IMG/VR virus record: IMGVR_UViG_3300006752_000009
Length of the DNA stretch: 64,000 bases
Origin: a virus
Lineage: Duplodnaviria; Caudoviricetes
Reading direction: 5' to 3' (one strand)
Part shown: positions 43,955-53,736 of the stretch, in pieces
Position numbering within the stretch: position 1 is the stretch's first letter
How the letters are laid out: each line of letters starts with the position of its first letter
Program-made: the position numbers and the translations under genes
Notes under the pieces: model-generated
What the model was told of the DNA's origin: nothing
What the model saw: only the letters and a program-made list of their open reading frames with translations
Databases searched by the model: none

Positions 43955-44227
43955 TTAAATACATACGAGATTGAAGGTTGGTAGCTCTTCGTCTTTGGGA
44001 ATGGGGAGGTAGGGGATCACCACTTTGTCTTCGTATAATCTCCAGGGATCGTCAGAGAGTAAGATTTCTAATGGGTCATTTGAAGGTTTGATTTCAAATT
44101 TACATAGTGGTGTTGAGTAGGCTTTAACTGTCTTACAGTCCAAAGAGTCACATGGCAACTTCTGTGGGTTTATACCACAGGATGCGAGGGCGAGATTTAA
44201 AATTGAAAAGGCAATAATTTTTTGCAT
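43955..44227 (-). CDS. Putative lipoprotein
   Basis: Lipobox LALASC; class I variant TAGTTCCTTTAT at 44273-44284. Confidence 0.6.
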   Translation of the reverse strand: MQKIIAFSILNLALASCGINPQKLPCDSLDCKTVKAYSTPLCKFEIKPSNDPLEILLSDDPWRLYEDKVVIPYLPIPKDEELPTFNLVCI

Positions 44228-44286
44228 GACATTTCCTTTATTGTAGTATCTACTGTTTACACAGAATAGATTATAAAGGAACTACA

Positions 44287-44556
44287 ATGGATCCAGATTA
44301 CGGTTATGGAGACATCTTAATAAAGCGAGTAGCTAACGGATGGCTTGTTGTATCTGGTTCTGAACATGAAGAAGGTCAAGTAAGGGTCTTTGTCTATGAG
44401 GACAAAGAGAACCCTAATTGGATAGCTGAGTCTCTTTATAATCTCTTACTCGATCAGTTTGCCCCTTATATGCAATCAAAGAGGTCGGCTGGTATTAAAA
44501 TGAGCTTTTCGCATAAAACGAAGGAGGAAGAAGATGGAGATCAAGAGACAAGTTGA
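44287..44556 (+). CDS. Hypothetical protein
   Basis: 89 aa, AAAGGA SD. Confidence 0.55.
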   Translation: MDPDYGYGDILIKRVANGWLVVSGSEHEEGQVRVFVYEDKENPNWIAESLYNLLLDQFAPYMQSKRSAGIKMSFSHKTKEEEDGDQETS

Positions 44557-44788
44557 AGAGTTTGAGGCTGTTCAATACATAGGTGATAACGCAGATGAGG
44601 TAATCACCTTTATCGGTCTTGAAGCTGAAGTTAATGACAACAGCATTACAGTCATTGACTCTACAGGGGAATGGTCAGTTTTTGTTGACCAATGGGTTTT
44701 GAGGACTCTTGACCAAGAAATCTTAGGAACTGTAGACAAAGATCATTTTTGGGATAGCTTTGCCACAATAGATGAAGATTTAGATTAG
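44534..44788 (+). CDS. Hypothetical phage protein
   Basis: VEEFEAVQY...GEW...DQWV pattern common in small phage proteins. Confidence 0.55.
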   Translation: MEIKRQVEEFEAVQYIGDNADEVITFIGLEAEVNDNSITVIDSTGEWSVFVDQWVLRTLDQEILGTVDKDHFWDSFATIDEDLD

Positions 44789-44791
44789 ACT

Positions 44792-45511
44792 TTATATTCG
44801 GTATTGCAAACGCAGTGCGTTATAGGTGCGTTGCTCTTGTCGAGATGGAGCGATACCATCACGAGCTTTTAAACCTAGTTCTTTGATTTTTTCCATGTCC
44901 TCACGATTGCCCTCAGACCGAGCCTTGCGATAGAGATCACGCAATCTCTCTACATCGAGAACAGCGTAGCGTGTGGAGGTAGATCGAGTACGATTAGCCT
45001 TGACAGCTTCAAGGATATAACGCTCTTGGTTAGCCCATAGAACGCTACCACTTTCAAGGGTATCTCGGCTTTTGATGATCTCCCTATCAGAACCACCATT
45101 CGGGAGAGAGTCGATCATTCCGATCCATTTGTCTTTATACCCTTTACGATCTGCTATTTTCTCGTAAAACTCGTCTTTCTCCTCATAGATTGAGATCCAA
45201 TGATCGACACCTTTTTTCCAAGTCACTTTCCAGTTCTTAGTGCGTTGGAAGTATTTGCGATCACGAGCTTTACGGTTCAATAAAGTACCATCTACACGAG
45301 ACACAAGACTAAGGTTCATTGAAGCATTACCTTTAGATACTGATCCTCCAGTATTTTTTTGGGTCGATGAGAGCTTCACAGCTACACGATCTGACAGGTG
45401 GATAAGGTATACACCTGCTTTGCCTGCAACTTGATTCCATGACCCAAAGTTAGATGAGAGCCAACCCTCAAGGTCGCTTCTTGCGATGTTTACATAGTCT
45501 TGCCGAGCCAT
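44792..45511 (-). CDS. Hypothetical protein
   Basis: 239 aa, AGGAG SD, class II motif upstream. Confidence 0.65.
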   Translation of the reverse strand: MARQDYVNIARSDLEGWLSSNFGSWNQVAGKAGVYLIHLSDRVAVKLSSTQKNTGGSVSKGNASMNLSLVSRVDGTLLNRKARDRKYFQRTKNWKVTWKKGVDHWISIYEEKDEFYEKIADRKGYKDKWIGMIDSLPNGGSDREIIKSRDTLESGSVLWANQERYILEAVKANRTRSTSTRYAVLDVERLRDLYRKARSEGNREDMEKIKELGLKARDGIAPSRQEQRTYNALRLQYRI

Positions 45512-45552
45512 TTCATACTCCTAAGTTTTGTTTTGTTTGGTGGGACTAGCTA

Positions 45553-45568
45553 ATAGATAAGGGGTTAC
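45553..45568 (-). promoter_or_regulatory. Class II repeated motif GTAACCCCTTATCTAT
   Basis: Upstream of the 45511 start. Confidence 0.75.
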
Positions 45569-45642
45569 GCTTATCTTCTAAGTATAAATAAGTTATTAAA
45601 AAAACTATTGGGGGGTAGAGTGAGGGCTGTAGAAGTCATATA

Positions 45643-46374
45643 ATGTATGCAGTTCAATCTTTTACGGAGCTACTTATGGTTCACTACTTGTTTTCTTTTA
45701 TCTTCCTTTTAACGAGCCTTTCGGCCTATGCACTTGAGTGTGTCGAAGATGCCGAAGTGTTAAAGGTCATTTCACCTTGTCAGACCTCGTACTATAAATA
45801 CGCACCTTTTTGTAGGTTTGGAGATGGTCTTTGTCTCTCCCTTATTCTTCAAGGTCTTGTTTCCAAAGACCTCTTTGATTATCGACCCGATATACGAAGG
45901 GTCTACAACACACCTTTGAAAAGAAAAGTTTTCTCAAGGACGGAGGAGTACAAAAGGCTTTACCGAGCGATGATTTCTGACTTGAGAGAGGCATCCTCAG
46001 CCGAGTTTTGCTCAACGATGAATACTTATTGGCTTTATGATGTGAACTTTGAAGGGTTTACATTTTTACCGAATACGCTCATCCCTAAAGGTAGGCTTTA
46101 TCGGTTAACTAACATCTCGAAAGTGGCGAGCTATGATCTCATTCAGACATCGGAGTCCTCTGCAACGGACATAGAGTCTTGGGAAACACAGGCATCAATG
46201 AAGATGGCTTTCTTTAAGCTCGCTAAACAAGGGAGTGGTTATGTTGATGTTGCTTTAACCCACTTTGTATGGTTCATGCCTATGGTGTCTTATGACCATG
46301 AGGGATCGCCACAGATCGCTTATGATGAGGGTTGTAGATCACCTTCTCACTATTTTTATAAGGTCGTTCAATGA
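45643..46374 (+). CDS. Hypothetical secreted protein
   Basis: Signal-like hydrophobic N-terminal region (likely start MVHYLF). Confidence 0.55.
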   Translation: MYAVQSFTELLMVHYLFSFIFLLTSLSAYALECVEDAEVLKVISPCQTSYYKYAPFCRFGDGLCLSLILQGLVSKDLFDYRPDIRRVYNTPLKRKVFSRTEEYKRLYRAMISDLREASSAEFCSTMNTYWLYDVNFEGFTFLPNTLIPKGRLYRLTNISKVASYDLIQTSESSATDIESWETQASMKMAFFKLAKQGSGYVDVALTHFVWFMPMVSYDHEGSPQIAYDEGCRSPSHYFYKVVQ

Positions 46375-46772
46375 AGAATCAAAATGCTATCTTTGCTGTA
46401 ATGATGATTGCTCTCATGACAATGATGTATTTACATACGAGTTTTAGTAATCCTAAACCTAGAGTTAGAGCGATTTTTTGGAACATACCTTTGTCAAAAG
46501 GTTGTGTGTGGCCAGTAAGAGAGGTCAAGTATACCAAGACCGAGATCAAGCACATTGTGCCTGTAGCTCAAGTTTATAAATGTACCTATGACAAGAACCA
46601 TCGCTTAGTAAAGGTTAGTACCTTCAACTTTGAGCGAGGTTATCAAATGGAGATCCCAACAGAGGAAGTCTTATATGAGTGGATTGGTGTCCGACTTACA
46701 CGCTATTCTGTTCGTAAGGCTTCTCATGGAAATGGGGAGATAGATGTGGAAATCTACACCCTCCATCGCTAG
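46371..46772 (+). CDS. Hypothetical membrane-anchored protein
   Basis: N-terminal TM segment. Confidence 0.55.
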   Translation: MKNQNAIFAVMMIALMTMMYLHTSFSNPKPRVRAIFWNIPLSKGCVWPVREVKYTKTEIKHIVPVAQVYKCTYDKNHRLVKVSTFNFERGYQMEIPTEEVLYEWIGVRLTRYSVRKASHGNGEIDVEIYTLHR

Positions 46773-46776
46773 ATGA

Positions 46777-47256
46777 CTATTTTTTATTTTTGCGAGCTTC
46801 CTCACAGTTGAAAGAACCACCATTACCGTCTGGACAGGTGGTGCGATCTTTGTGCTTCTTATTGCTCACAAACTCATCATAGAGTTCGTTATACTCTTTC
46901 TTTTTAGCTTTGTTCTTCCACCATTTAGGTCCTAGTTTCTCGACCATTTCACCGTATTCGTGGTGGAGTCTATAGCAAGTACCACCACCTGGATTATCTT
47001 GTCCACCACCATCTTCATTATAGCAGTTTGTATTTCCAAAAGCCCACTCTTGTGAATAGTCGTAATTCTTCTTGGGGTCGAGAGGGTCATATTGACGAGC
47101 CGCTTCAAGTTCATCAGCCATTACCATCCCTGCGTCAATGTCAGCTTGGAGTTCAGCTAAGAACGGATCTGCATAACGATTTGATGATGACTGGTTTTCG
47201 AGGCGAGCAACACGAGCTTCAAGCTCACGAATAACTTCTGATGCTAATCTTTTCAT
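46777..47256 (-). CDS. Leader-variant protein H (MKRLASEVIRELEARVARLE)
   Basis: Start reassigned (AAGGAG SD); peptide matches leader but 5'UTR does not; class I variant at 47297-47308. Confidence 0.7.
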   Translation of the reverse strand: MKRLASEVIRELEARVARLENQSSSNRYADPFLAELQADIDAGMVMADELEAARQYDPLDPKKNYDYSQEWAFGNTNCYNEDGGGQDNPGGGTCYRLHHEYGEMVEKLGPKWWKNKAKKKEYNELYDEFVSNKKHKDRTTCPDGNGGSFNCEEARKNKK

Positions 47257-47308
47257 AGCGATCTCCTTTGTGAATATGAACACAATAAGATTAGCTATAA
47301 ATAATTTA

Positions 47309-47569
47309 TTAAAAATCTTCTTTAGCCATGTAAGTTAAAGACTTCATGGATCTGATCTCATCAACAAAGGTAAGTGCAGGTACTCTTGAGGTACGATTAA
47401 AGTATTCTCTTTTGAGGTCTTTAAAGGAGTGGTGCTTTTCAAAGACAAAGATTACTTTGCGACCCTCAAGCTCTGTTTTTAATAGCTCCATACCTGTGGT
47501 CTTTAAGTACGCCGCAAAGTATAGATCAGAGGTTTTATATAGAGGCTCTGGTTTTATTTCATTGCTCAT
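47309..47569 (-). CDS. DUF5659-like small protein
   Basis: YKTSDLYFAAYLKTTGMEL...GRKVIFVF. Confidence 0.6.
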   Translation of the reverse strand: MSNEIKPEPLYKTSDLYFAAYLKTTGMELLKTELEGRKVIFVFEKHHSFKDLKREYFNRTSRVPALTFVDEIRSMKSLTYMAKEDF

Positions 47570-47617
47570 AGGGTAGCCTTTGCCATTAAGGATTATGCAA
47601 CCCTATGATACCAAAGA

Positions 47618-47839
47618 CTACTCTAAAAGAGAGGATAAAGCTGTTTGTGCTTTACGGACACCCTTATCACTAGATTGGATTTGAACGAGCTTATCCTTCT
47701 TATCCCATTTAGCGATAAGGGGTCGCTCACCCCATGTGCCTCTTAGCTCATCACCATCTGTGGTTAGAACTCTCCCCTCGAAAGAGGAACGCTTTAAGAA
47801 AGCACCAAGAACTTTTTTGTCTGAAAGGGCGATTTTCAC
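47618..47839 (-). CDS. Hypothetical protein
   Basis: 73 aa, AGGAG SD. Confidence 0.55.
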   Translation of the reverse strand: MKIALSDKKVLGAFLKRSSFEGRVLTTDGDELRGTWGERPLIAKWDKKDKLVQIQSSDKGVRKAQTALSSLLE

Positions 47840-47865
47840 CTATATCTCTCCTATAGAGTTTATGA

Positions 47866-48522
47866 TTACTGTGCAGTACCTGCACCGTCATATACTACCA
47901 CAAAGTCTGCCGATTTCATTCCACTAAGATCTCCCTGTGCAAGAGAAATCCAAAAGCTAGAGTCCTCTTCAACGATTGGGTTGAAGAAAGAACCTAGTTT
48001 AGCGAGCTGTCCTGCTTCATCGAGGAACACTTTGTTTCCGTTCTCATCTTCAAGGTCATAACCTGCTTCCACAGTAAAGGTAGCCCCACTAAGGATTTGG
48101 AGGATGTTATTTACTGTAGTAGATGAGTTACCAAGACCAATACCTGTAGCATTTAAGTTAGGGTTATCAGCCGCTTGGATCACACCGTTGATTAGAGCTT
48201 GGGTTAGATCGTTGCCTGCTCTCATCTCAGTGATAAGGTCAAGAGATACCTCAACAGCCTGTGCAGGAGAGATATGGTCATCACCAGCTTGAAGATCAAG
48301 GGTAACAAGTAAGTAAGAAGCAAGACCACTTACGGTGCGAGAAACTACAGTACCGTTAAGTACAGGCAGGGTAGGTGTCTCTACAACACGAAGGTAGCGA
48401 GGACCTTGTGGTGTAGGGTCAACTACAGGGTTTGCCTGTGATCTGTTAGGCCACATATCTTTTACAAGAAGCTGACTATTTTTAATAGAAGCATCACGAA
48501 TACAAATTACTGGACTAGCCAT
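47866..48522 (-). CDS. Structural paralog triplet, copy 3
   Basis: DMWPNRSQ...PQGPRY...GLASYLL...DSSFWIS...VVYDGAG shared with neighbours. Confidence 0.6.
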   Translation of the reverse strand: MASPVICIRDASIKNSQLLVKDMWPNRSQANPVVDPTPQGPRYLRVVETPTLPVLNGTVVSRTVSGLASYLLVTLDLQAGDDHISPAQAVEVSLDLITEMRAGNDLTQALINGVIQAADNPNLNATGIGLGNSSTTVNNILQILSGATFTVEAGYDLEDENGNKVFLDEAGQLAKLGSFFNPIVEEDSSFWISLAQGDLSGMKSADFVVVYDGAGTAQ

Positions 48523-48534
48523 GAGTTAATCTCC

Positions 48535-49212
48535 TTATTGAATGAGTGAGCCATCGTCTGCATAGCAAACAACAGTGTTAGCAGTCTGAGCCTTCTTCAA
48601 CTGACCTTTACGAGCTGAGATGTAGAAAGAGTCAGAGAAGGTAGTGACGAGTTTACCGATGTCTGATGGGTCGGAGAACCCAGCAGGAACAGCTACCTCT
48701 AAAGCGGCATTATCAAAGTCTACACCAAGTTGGATGATCGTACCTTGAGCGAGTGAGAACACCTTATATCCCGATGCGATTTGCAAGATTTCTAGTACAG
48801 TTCCAAAAGAGTCTCCTCCTGTAAGACTTGCACCTGCTTCATTCGCATCAATGATTGTATCAATGTCATCAGAAGTGAGACTTTCACCACTAAGAGTTCG
48901 ACCAAGGATAACATTAGCAATACCATTAGCCGTAGCAGGTAGCATAGCTCCACCAGCCGCTGTTTCGATTGTAGCTAGGAGATAAGTCGCAAGACCTGCG
49001 TAATCATCATCTAGTTCAAGATTACCAAGATTAAGAGCTGTTGCAGGTAGCTCGCTCACATCACGACCATGAGCATAAAGATACTGAGGTCCTTGAAAGT
49101 TAGGAGTGTAAACAGCACTTGATTGGGTCTTGTGTGGGAATAGATCAGTGATCTGAACAGCAACACGACCTTCGGTAGAATTGAGAACATTATTAGCAAT
49201 AATAAATGGCAT
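48535..49212 (-). CDS. Structural paralog triplet, copy 2
   Basis: QITDLFPHKTQ...FQGPQY...GLATYLL...DSFYIS...VCYADDG. Confidence 0.6.
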   Translation of the reverse strand: MPFIIANNVLNSTEGRVAVQITDLFPHKTQSSAVYTPNFQGPQYLYAHGRDVSELPATALNLGNLELDDDYAGLATYLLATIETAAGGAMLPATANGIANVILGRTLSGESLTSDDIDTIIDANEAGASLTGGDSFGTVLEILQIASGYKVFSLAQGTIIQLGVDFDNAALEVAVPAGFSDPSDIGKLVTTFSDSFYISARKGQLKKAQTANTVVCYADDGSLIQ

Positions 49213-49225
49213 GGTTTATCTCCTA

Positions 49226-49936
49226 TTATCCTGCGTAGATTGTACCGTCATCATTGTAGACGGTGAGTAGTGGGGTAGCAGACTTAACACCTGCAAATGC
49301 TCGGTTTACATCTTGATCACCAGTAAGACCACCGAGTACACCCTCAGAGAAAGAAATCTTCCAAGAGCTATCTTGTGGAACGAGAGTCCTCATGGTTGTC
49401 CCAAGAGTACCAGGAGCGATAACAGGAGCAAAGTTATCACCGTTATCTTGGATTGGAACACCTGCATTAACGATGTAATCTTCACCTGCGAGAATAGCAA
49501 GAACCTCTGCTACAGATCCGGTTGAGTTACCTTGGTCAAGACCCGAACCACCACTCACAGCATTACAAACACCATTGATTTCTGCGAGTCTTAGGATCTG
49601 ACCTGCACGAACTCTAGCAAGTAGACCTTGAGCGATTTCTTCAGCTTCGGGTACAGTAAGTGCGTCTGCATCACCACCTGGATCAGCTTCAACATTTGCG
49701 ATGAGGTAAGCAACAAGACCATTACACCGAGTAAGGAACTCAAGAGATCCATCTGTGTTAGTCTTGATGAAAGGACGAGTTCTACCTGTTGCTCCAATGT
49801 TTGAAACACGAACATAGAAAGGCCCTTGTGGGCGAGGGTCAATACCAGGATTTGACTGCGTGGCATTAGGGAAAAGGTCAGTGATCTGAATAGATCCGTT
49901 TTGGATCTCTGATCTTCGTGCGAGAATGAAAGGCAT
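49226..49936 (-). CDS. Structural paralog triplet, copy 1
   Basis: QITDLFPNATQ...PQGPFY...GLVAYLI...DSSWKIS...VYNDDG; class I motif at 49983-49994. Confidence 0.6.
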   Translation of the reverse strand: MPFILARRSEIQNGSIQITDLFPNATQSNPGIDPRPQGPFYVRVSNIGATGRTRPFIKTNTDGSLEFLTRCNGLVAYLIANVEADPGGDADALTVPEAEEIAQGLLARVRAGQILRLAEINGVCNAVSGGSGLDQGNSTGSVAEVLAILAGEDYIVNAGVPIQDNGDNFAPVIAPGTLGTTMRTLVPQDSSWKISFSEGVLGGLTGDQDVNRAFAGVKSATPLLTVYNDDGTIYAG

Positions 49937-50014
49937 TGTCTTTCTCCTTAATAGTTAGGGTTCACCTATATATGGGTGAAATATAAATAGACTATTAAAG
50001 AGTCGGACTACTAT

Positions 50015-50743
50015 TTAACCTCTATTGACGACAGAACACCGAATAGTGAACAAAGGTGTACCTGTTTGACCTGCTAAGAAGAATTCTCCTACAGCACCCG
50101 ATGTTAAAGTCAATGACTCTCCTGGCCTCAAGATCGAGGGCGACATACCTGGATTAAATGAGATAAAAAGGTTAGATCCACCTTGAGGGTTATCTAGGTT
50201 TTGGATGTTGAGGGTCTGACTGAAGCTAGGGAGGTGAAAGTTTATTGATCCTGTGCTAAGAACATCTGGAATGCCATTACCTGTATCTAAATTCGGAGCG
50301 TTCCCGATAGTCGTGAAGATCGGTGCTGTTAGTGAGAAGAAATCGTAAGGAACTACACCCACTACTGGCCCAAAGTCTGTGGTTTCTTGTGTAGCACGAA
50401 CTCGACCTCTGACTCTCAGATAGAGCATTTGATCATCCGTTGGCACACGAGGTGTGTTTGGTTTGAATGTAGTTGAATACTCATTGGGGTTGAATAAAAA
50501 CCGAGTTTGATCTCTCTGCGACTCTTCAACACCTAGTTTTGCCTGTGTGATGAACTTGCTTCTAAAAGTCTTATCATAAGGTACAGAAAACATCTCAACA
50601 GGGTTGTTGTGTGCGTCATTGAGGTTAGAAGCACCAAACACAGTAATTTGATCCATACCTCTAAGATTTGCGTTGTGTACTACCATATCTATAAGACCTT
50701 TTGATCTATAGATAAGGCTTGGGATTAAGCGACCTCTACTCAT
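50015..50743 (-). CDS. Hypothetical, probable structural protein
   Basis: 242 aa adjacent to the triplet. Confidence 0.45.
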   Translation of the reverse strand: MSRGRLIPSLIYRSKGLIDMVVHNANLRGMDQITVFGASNLNDAHNNPVEMFSVPYDKTFRSKFITQAKLGVEESQRDQTRFLFNPNEYSTTFKPNTPRVPTDDQMLYLRVRGRVRATQETTDFGPVVGVVPYDFFSLTAPIFTTIGNAPNLDTGNGIPDVLSTGSINFHLPSFSQTLNIQNLDNPQGGSNLFISFNPGMSPSILRPGESLTLTSGAVGEFFLAGQTGTPLFTIRCSVVNRG

Positions 50744-51144
50744 TTCTTACTCTCTTTCTCTTTAGTTATATGGGGTTCATATGACTCGGTGTTCTTACCT
50801 TTAGACTTAGCAAGTTTTTGAGCGTCAGCCCAAGAGTCAACTCGTTCACCATCTACATTGGGAGCAAGGGCTACATTGGGAGCATCACGCTTCATCTCGT
50901 TTGTCCGAGCGTCTAGCCTCTTGTTTTTTTCACGCATCTGATTCTTGATGCGATGGTTCTTACCTGCCCATCCATCTCCTTTGAGTATGAAATTAGTAGT
51001 GGGTCTAAAAACTTTTTTGTGTTCATCACCACACTCTGGACAAGGTTGTGGGATGTCATGGTTATCCATAGATAATCGACAACTGTATTCCTCATCGAAT
51101 TTTTTGCAGTCTTTGTTTCTGCAAAGGTAGGTGTAAAAAGGCAT
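50740..51144 (-). CDS. FmdB-family zinc-ribbon protein
   Basis: MPFYTYLC...C...CPECG...FILKGDGWAG; start reassigned. Confidence 0.8.
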   Translation of the reverse strand: MPFYTYLCRNKDCKKFDEEYSCRLSMDNHDIPQPCPECGDEHKKVFRPTTNFILKGDGWAGKNHRIKNQMREKNKRLDARTNEMKRDAPNVALAPNVDGERVDSWADAQKLAKSKGKNTESYEPHITKEKESKK

Positions 51145-51149
51145 AATAG

Positions 51150-51524
51150 TTAAGCTCCAAAGAAATCTCTTAAGACCGCATAGGCGTGTTTGCATATCTT
51201 GTGCGTACCATTAGGGTCTTTCTTAGTGGGTTGTTCTGCTGTACCTCTCACTTTACCGAACAAGTAGTCGTTTTGGACTGCGTGATACTCTGGCCCTTGA
51301 TACTGCCAATAGTTGCAAGTGCAAGTAAGGTGGAGATCGGGGTCTGATCTATCACCTTTAGCTTCAACAGTAACTACATAATCACCTACCTCAAACTCGA
51401 TAGGCTCTTTAAGTACCTTTTCTTCAAAGCCATTTACGACAGCTTTGATTGAAGAAGCGTTCGACTTAACTTTTGAGTCGAGTCCGTTTGTAATTTGATT
51501 AAGATATGCTGATGATCTACGCAT
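51150..51524 (-). CDS. SWIM-type zinc-finger protein
   Basis: LTCTCNYW...ICKHAYAV; starts MRRSSA; class I variant upstream. Confidence 0.7.
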   Translation of the reverse strand: MRRSSAYLNQITNGLDSKVKSNASSIKAVVNGFEEKVLKEPIEFEVGDYVVTVEAKGDRSDPDLHLTCTCNYWQYQGPEYHAVQNDYLFGKVRGTAEQPTKKDPNGTHKICKHAYAVLRDFFGA

Positions 51525-51576
51525 GATGTCTAGCCTCTCTATTGTTGCTAAGAGAGGCTAGATCATAAATAGATTA

Positions 51577-51876
51577 TTACTTAATAGCGATAAACTTAAC
51601 CTTGTCTCCAACTCGTTCCATCTTGAAGTTTCCAGGAAACTTGAATGTCTTACCTTTAAGGTCAACCAGAGCCACCTCTGTGATTGTCTCCTCCACAATC
51701 GCAGATCCTTCTGGAAGTACCTCTTGCTTTAATGAGAAATCTTTAACTTTGTTCTTGAAGTTAAACTCACCCCAAACAAGGTTCTCTTGTTCTACTAGGG
51801 GCTTTCTCTCCCATTCTTTAGGGGTAGGGTTGAGAATCGCATCTACCATGTCTTTTATTTTAACCTCATCACTCAT
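51577..51876 (-). CDS. Hypothetical protein
   Basis: 99 aa, AAGGAG SD. Confidence 0.55.
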   Translation of the reverse strand: MSDEVKIKDMVDAILNPTPKEWERKPLVEQENLVWGEFNFKNKVKDFSLKQEVLPEGSAIVEETITEVALVDLKGKTFKFPGNFKMERVGDKVKFIAIK

Positions 51877-51967
51877 GTTAAGTCTCCTTTTATTCGTGTG
51901 TTGCCATCATACCATGTCACCCCTTAGTTATTTACTTACTGAGATTAACCTTAACTAAGGAGAAAGT

Positions 51968-52237
51968 ATGAATCTGAAAAAACAACTTGATGATGTCATC
52001 GTTCGCACTATGCGACCTCGTAAGGGTCAACTGATCCTCGTCAATGTGTTCTATGGGAGTAAAGATGATTTTACCCCCGATATGCCGACCTGTGAAAAGT
52101 TCGAGTTAGATTGGGTTGACCCCGATCTCTACAAGGAAGGGATGGTCTTTGACGCTCTGCTCTATGATGTCTTTGATGGTGGAAACGACAAAGAGCTTAA
52201 TGACTCAAGACGCTTCACCATAGATGACCTCAACTAA
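51968..52237 (+). CDS. Small acidic hypothetical protein
   Basis: 89 aa; UTR ttaaccttaactaaggagaa resembles cassette UTR. Confidence 0.55.
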   Translation: MNLKKQLDDVIVRTMRPRKGQLILVNVFYGSKDDFTPDMPTCEKFELDWVDPDLYKEGMVFDALLYDVFDGGNDKELNDSRRFTIDDLN

Positions 52238-52241
52238 GAAC

Positions 52242-52670
52242 TTAGAAGCGAATGTAAAGTCCTGTACCCTCTTCAAAGCGATCTTTGATGTCCTCTGCAT
52301 AGACATCGTTGAACTCTTTAACAACCTTTACGCTACGACCATGAGTACGAATGAACTCCATGTCATATAAGTCCATGCCATTAAGAGTAATGCGTACTCG
52401 GTTCACTGCACCAGCGTGTTTTGGTTTTGGGAATACAAGGGTGACACCCAAAGGCTCATTGATAAGTTGTTTGAGTCCAATGAACATCTGCAACTTGCGT
52501 CCTCCACCGAGCTGTTGGACGATGGTAGCCGCAATCGCATTGGCACTCTTACTCTCTTGTGCTTGTCTTTTGCAAGTACAATGTGAGCAACCACAACCAC
52601 TAGACTGCTTCTCTAGTCGTGCGACCCTGTTCTCTAGGTTTCTTAGCATTTCACTAGCTGATCTTCTCAT
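52242..52670 (-). CDS. Leader-bearing hypothetical protein F
   Basis: MRRSASEMLRNLENRVARLE; body ATIVQQLGG...VRITLNGMDLYDMEF...DVYAEDI resembles a widespread small phage protein family. Confidence 0.75.
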   Translation of the reverse strand: MRRSASEMLRNLENRVARLEKQSSGCGCSHCTCKRQAQESKSANAIAATIVQQLGGGRKLQMFIGLKQLINEPLGVTLVFPKPKHAGAVNRVRITLNGMDLYDMEFIRTHGRSVKVVKEFNDVYAEDIKDRFEEGTGLYIRF

Positions 52671-52730
52671 AAGGTTCTCCATTTGGTTAAGGTTAAAGAG
52701 ATTACCTATGGAGAACCGATAAAGAGACTA
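52611..52730 (-). promoter_or_regulatory. Leader cassette F
   Basis: TAGTCTCTTTAT + ATAGGTAATCTCTTTAACCTTAACCAAATGGAGAA. Confidence 0.85.
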
Positions 52731-52734
52731 CAAA

Positions 52735-53736
52735 TTAATCCTCGTCATACTCTTGTTGAGCGAGGATTAACATACCCTTAGAGACAGCATGGAGTGGATC
52801 AGAAGCATGACGAACCTCTGAAATCTCAATAGGGAAACGCTTACGCTTAGTCTCAAAGACCTCTCTAAAGAAATCCATGAACCCACCTGCTAGACTTGTG
52901 CCACCACCCACTACGATTGGAATGGGCTTGTTAAGGGTGAGGTGTCCACCTTTCATCACAAACTGTTGTGCGATGTTATCCAAAGCGTGTTCAATAAGAG
53001 CCTTATAATAGAACGAGATCGCTTCTTCTTCTCTATTCTTAGGGTCTTTAAGGTTAATGCCTTTCTCTTTAACAGAACACATCTTAGAGGCTGTAGCACC
53101 TACAGAGCGAGACGCACCTTGATCAATCCAATCACCCCCACGAGCAACTGAGAATGAAAGACCCTCAATGGTGTTGATAGCGAGGGCAATGTTGGTCATA
53201 CCCGAACCAAAAGAGATGCCGATACCACTAAATCCTTCTTTAGATGTTTCGGCAAAGACAATAGCCATAGCTTCGTTAGCTGGATGAGCTGTATAACCAC
53301 ATTCTTGAACGATGCGTGTAAAGACACCCTTGTGATAAACAACATCCATGTTAGCGTCTACAGGAGCGGCAGGGATTGAGAAATAACAATGCTCTCCCTC
53401 ATGGCTTGGTTCACCGAGTACATCTTTAACCATGTGTCCAAGAACAGTAAGGGAGTCGATCTCATCGGCAGAAATCAGACCTGCTTTTAGAGGTCTACGA
53501 CCTTCACGACCAAACATATTGGCAACTTCCATAGCCTCATCACCGAGTACAAGAAGGTTATCATCAGCTTCGATGTAAGAAACCGATCCGAGTTTGAGCA
53601 TCTTTTTTGCTGATTGTGGGAGGTCGATAAATAGATCACGCATTCTTCTAAGAGTGACCTCGTTTTTCTTAGCACCACTCATACGAGCGGAGACTAAGTT
53701 CATAGTTCCAATGTCAAGTCCTACACCTTTACTCAT
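52735..53736 (-). CDS. Actin-fold ATPase (MreB/FtsA/ParM-like)
   Basis: Phosphate-1 GLDIGT, connect-1 NEAMAI, phosphate-2 SFGSGMTN, adenosine VGGGTS, connect-2 AVSKG. Confidence 0.85.
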   Translation of the reverse strand: MSKGVGLDIGTMNLVSARMSGAKKNEVTLRRMRDLFIDLPQSAKKMLKLGSVSYIEADDNLLVLGDEAMEVANMFGREGRRPLKAGLISADEIDSLTVLGHMVKDVLGEPSHEGEHCYFSIPAAPVDANMDVVYHKGVFTRIVQECGYTAHPANEAMAIVFAETSKEGFSGIGISFGSGMTNIALAINTIEGLSFSVARGGDWIDQGASRSVGATASKMCSVKEKGINLKDPKNREEEAISFYYKALIEHALDNIAQQFVMKGGHLTLNKPIPIVVGGGTSLAGGFMDFFREVFETKRKRFPIEISEVRHASDPLHAVSKGMLILAQQEYDED

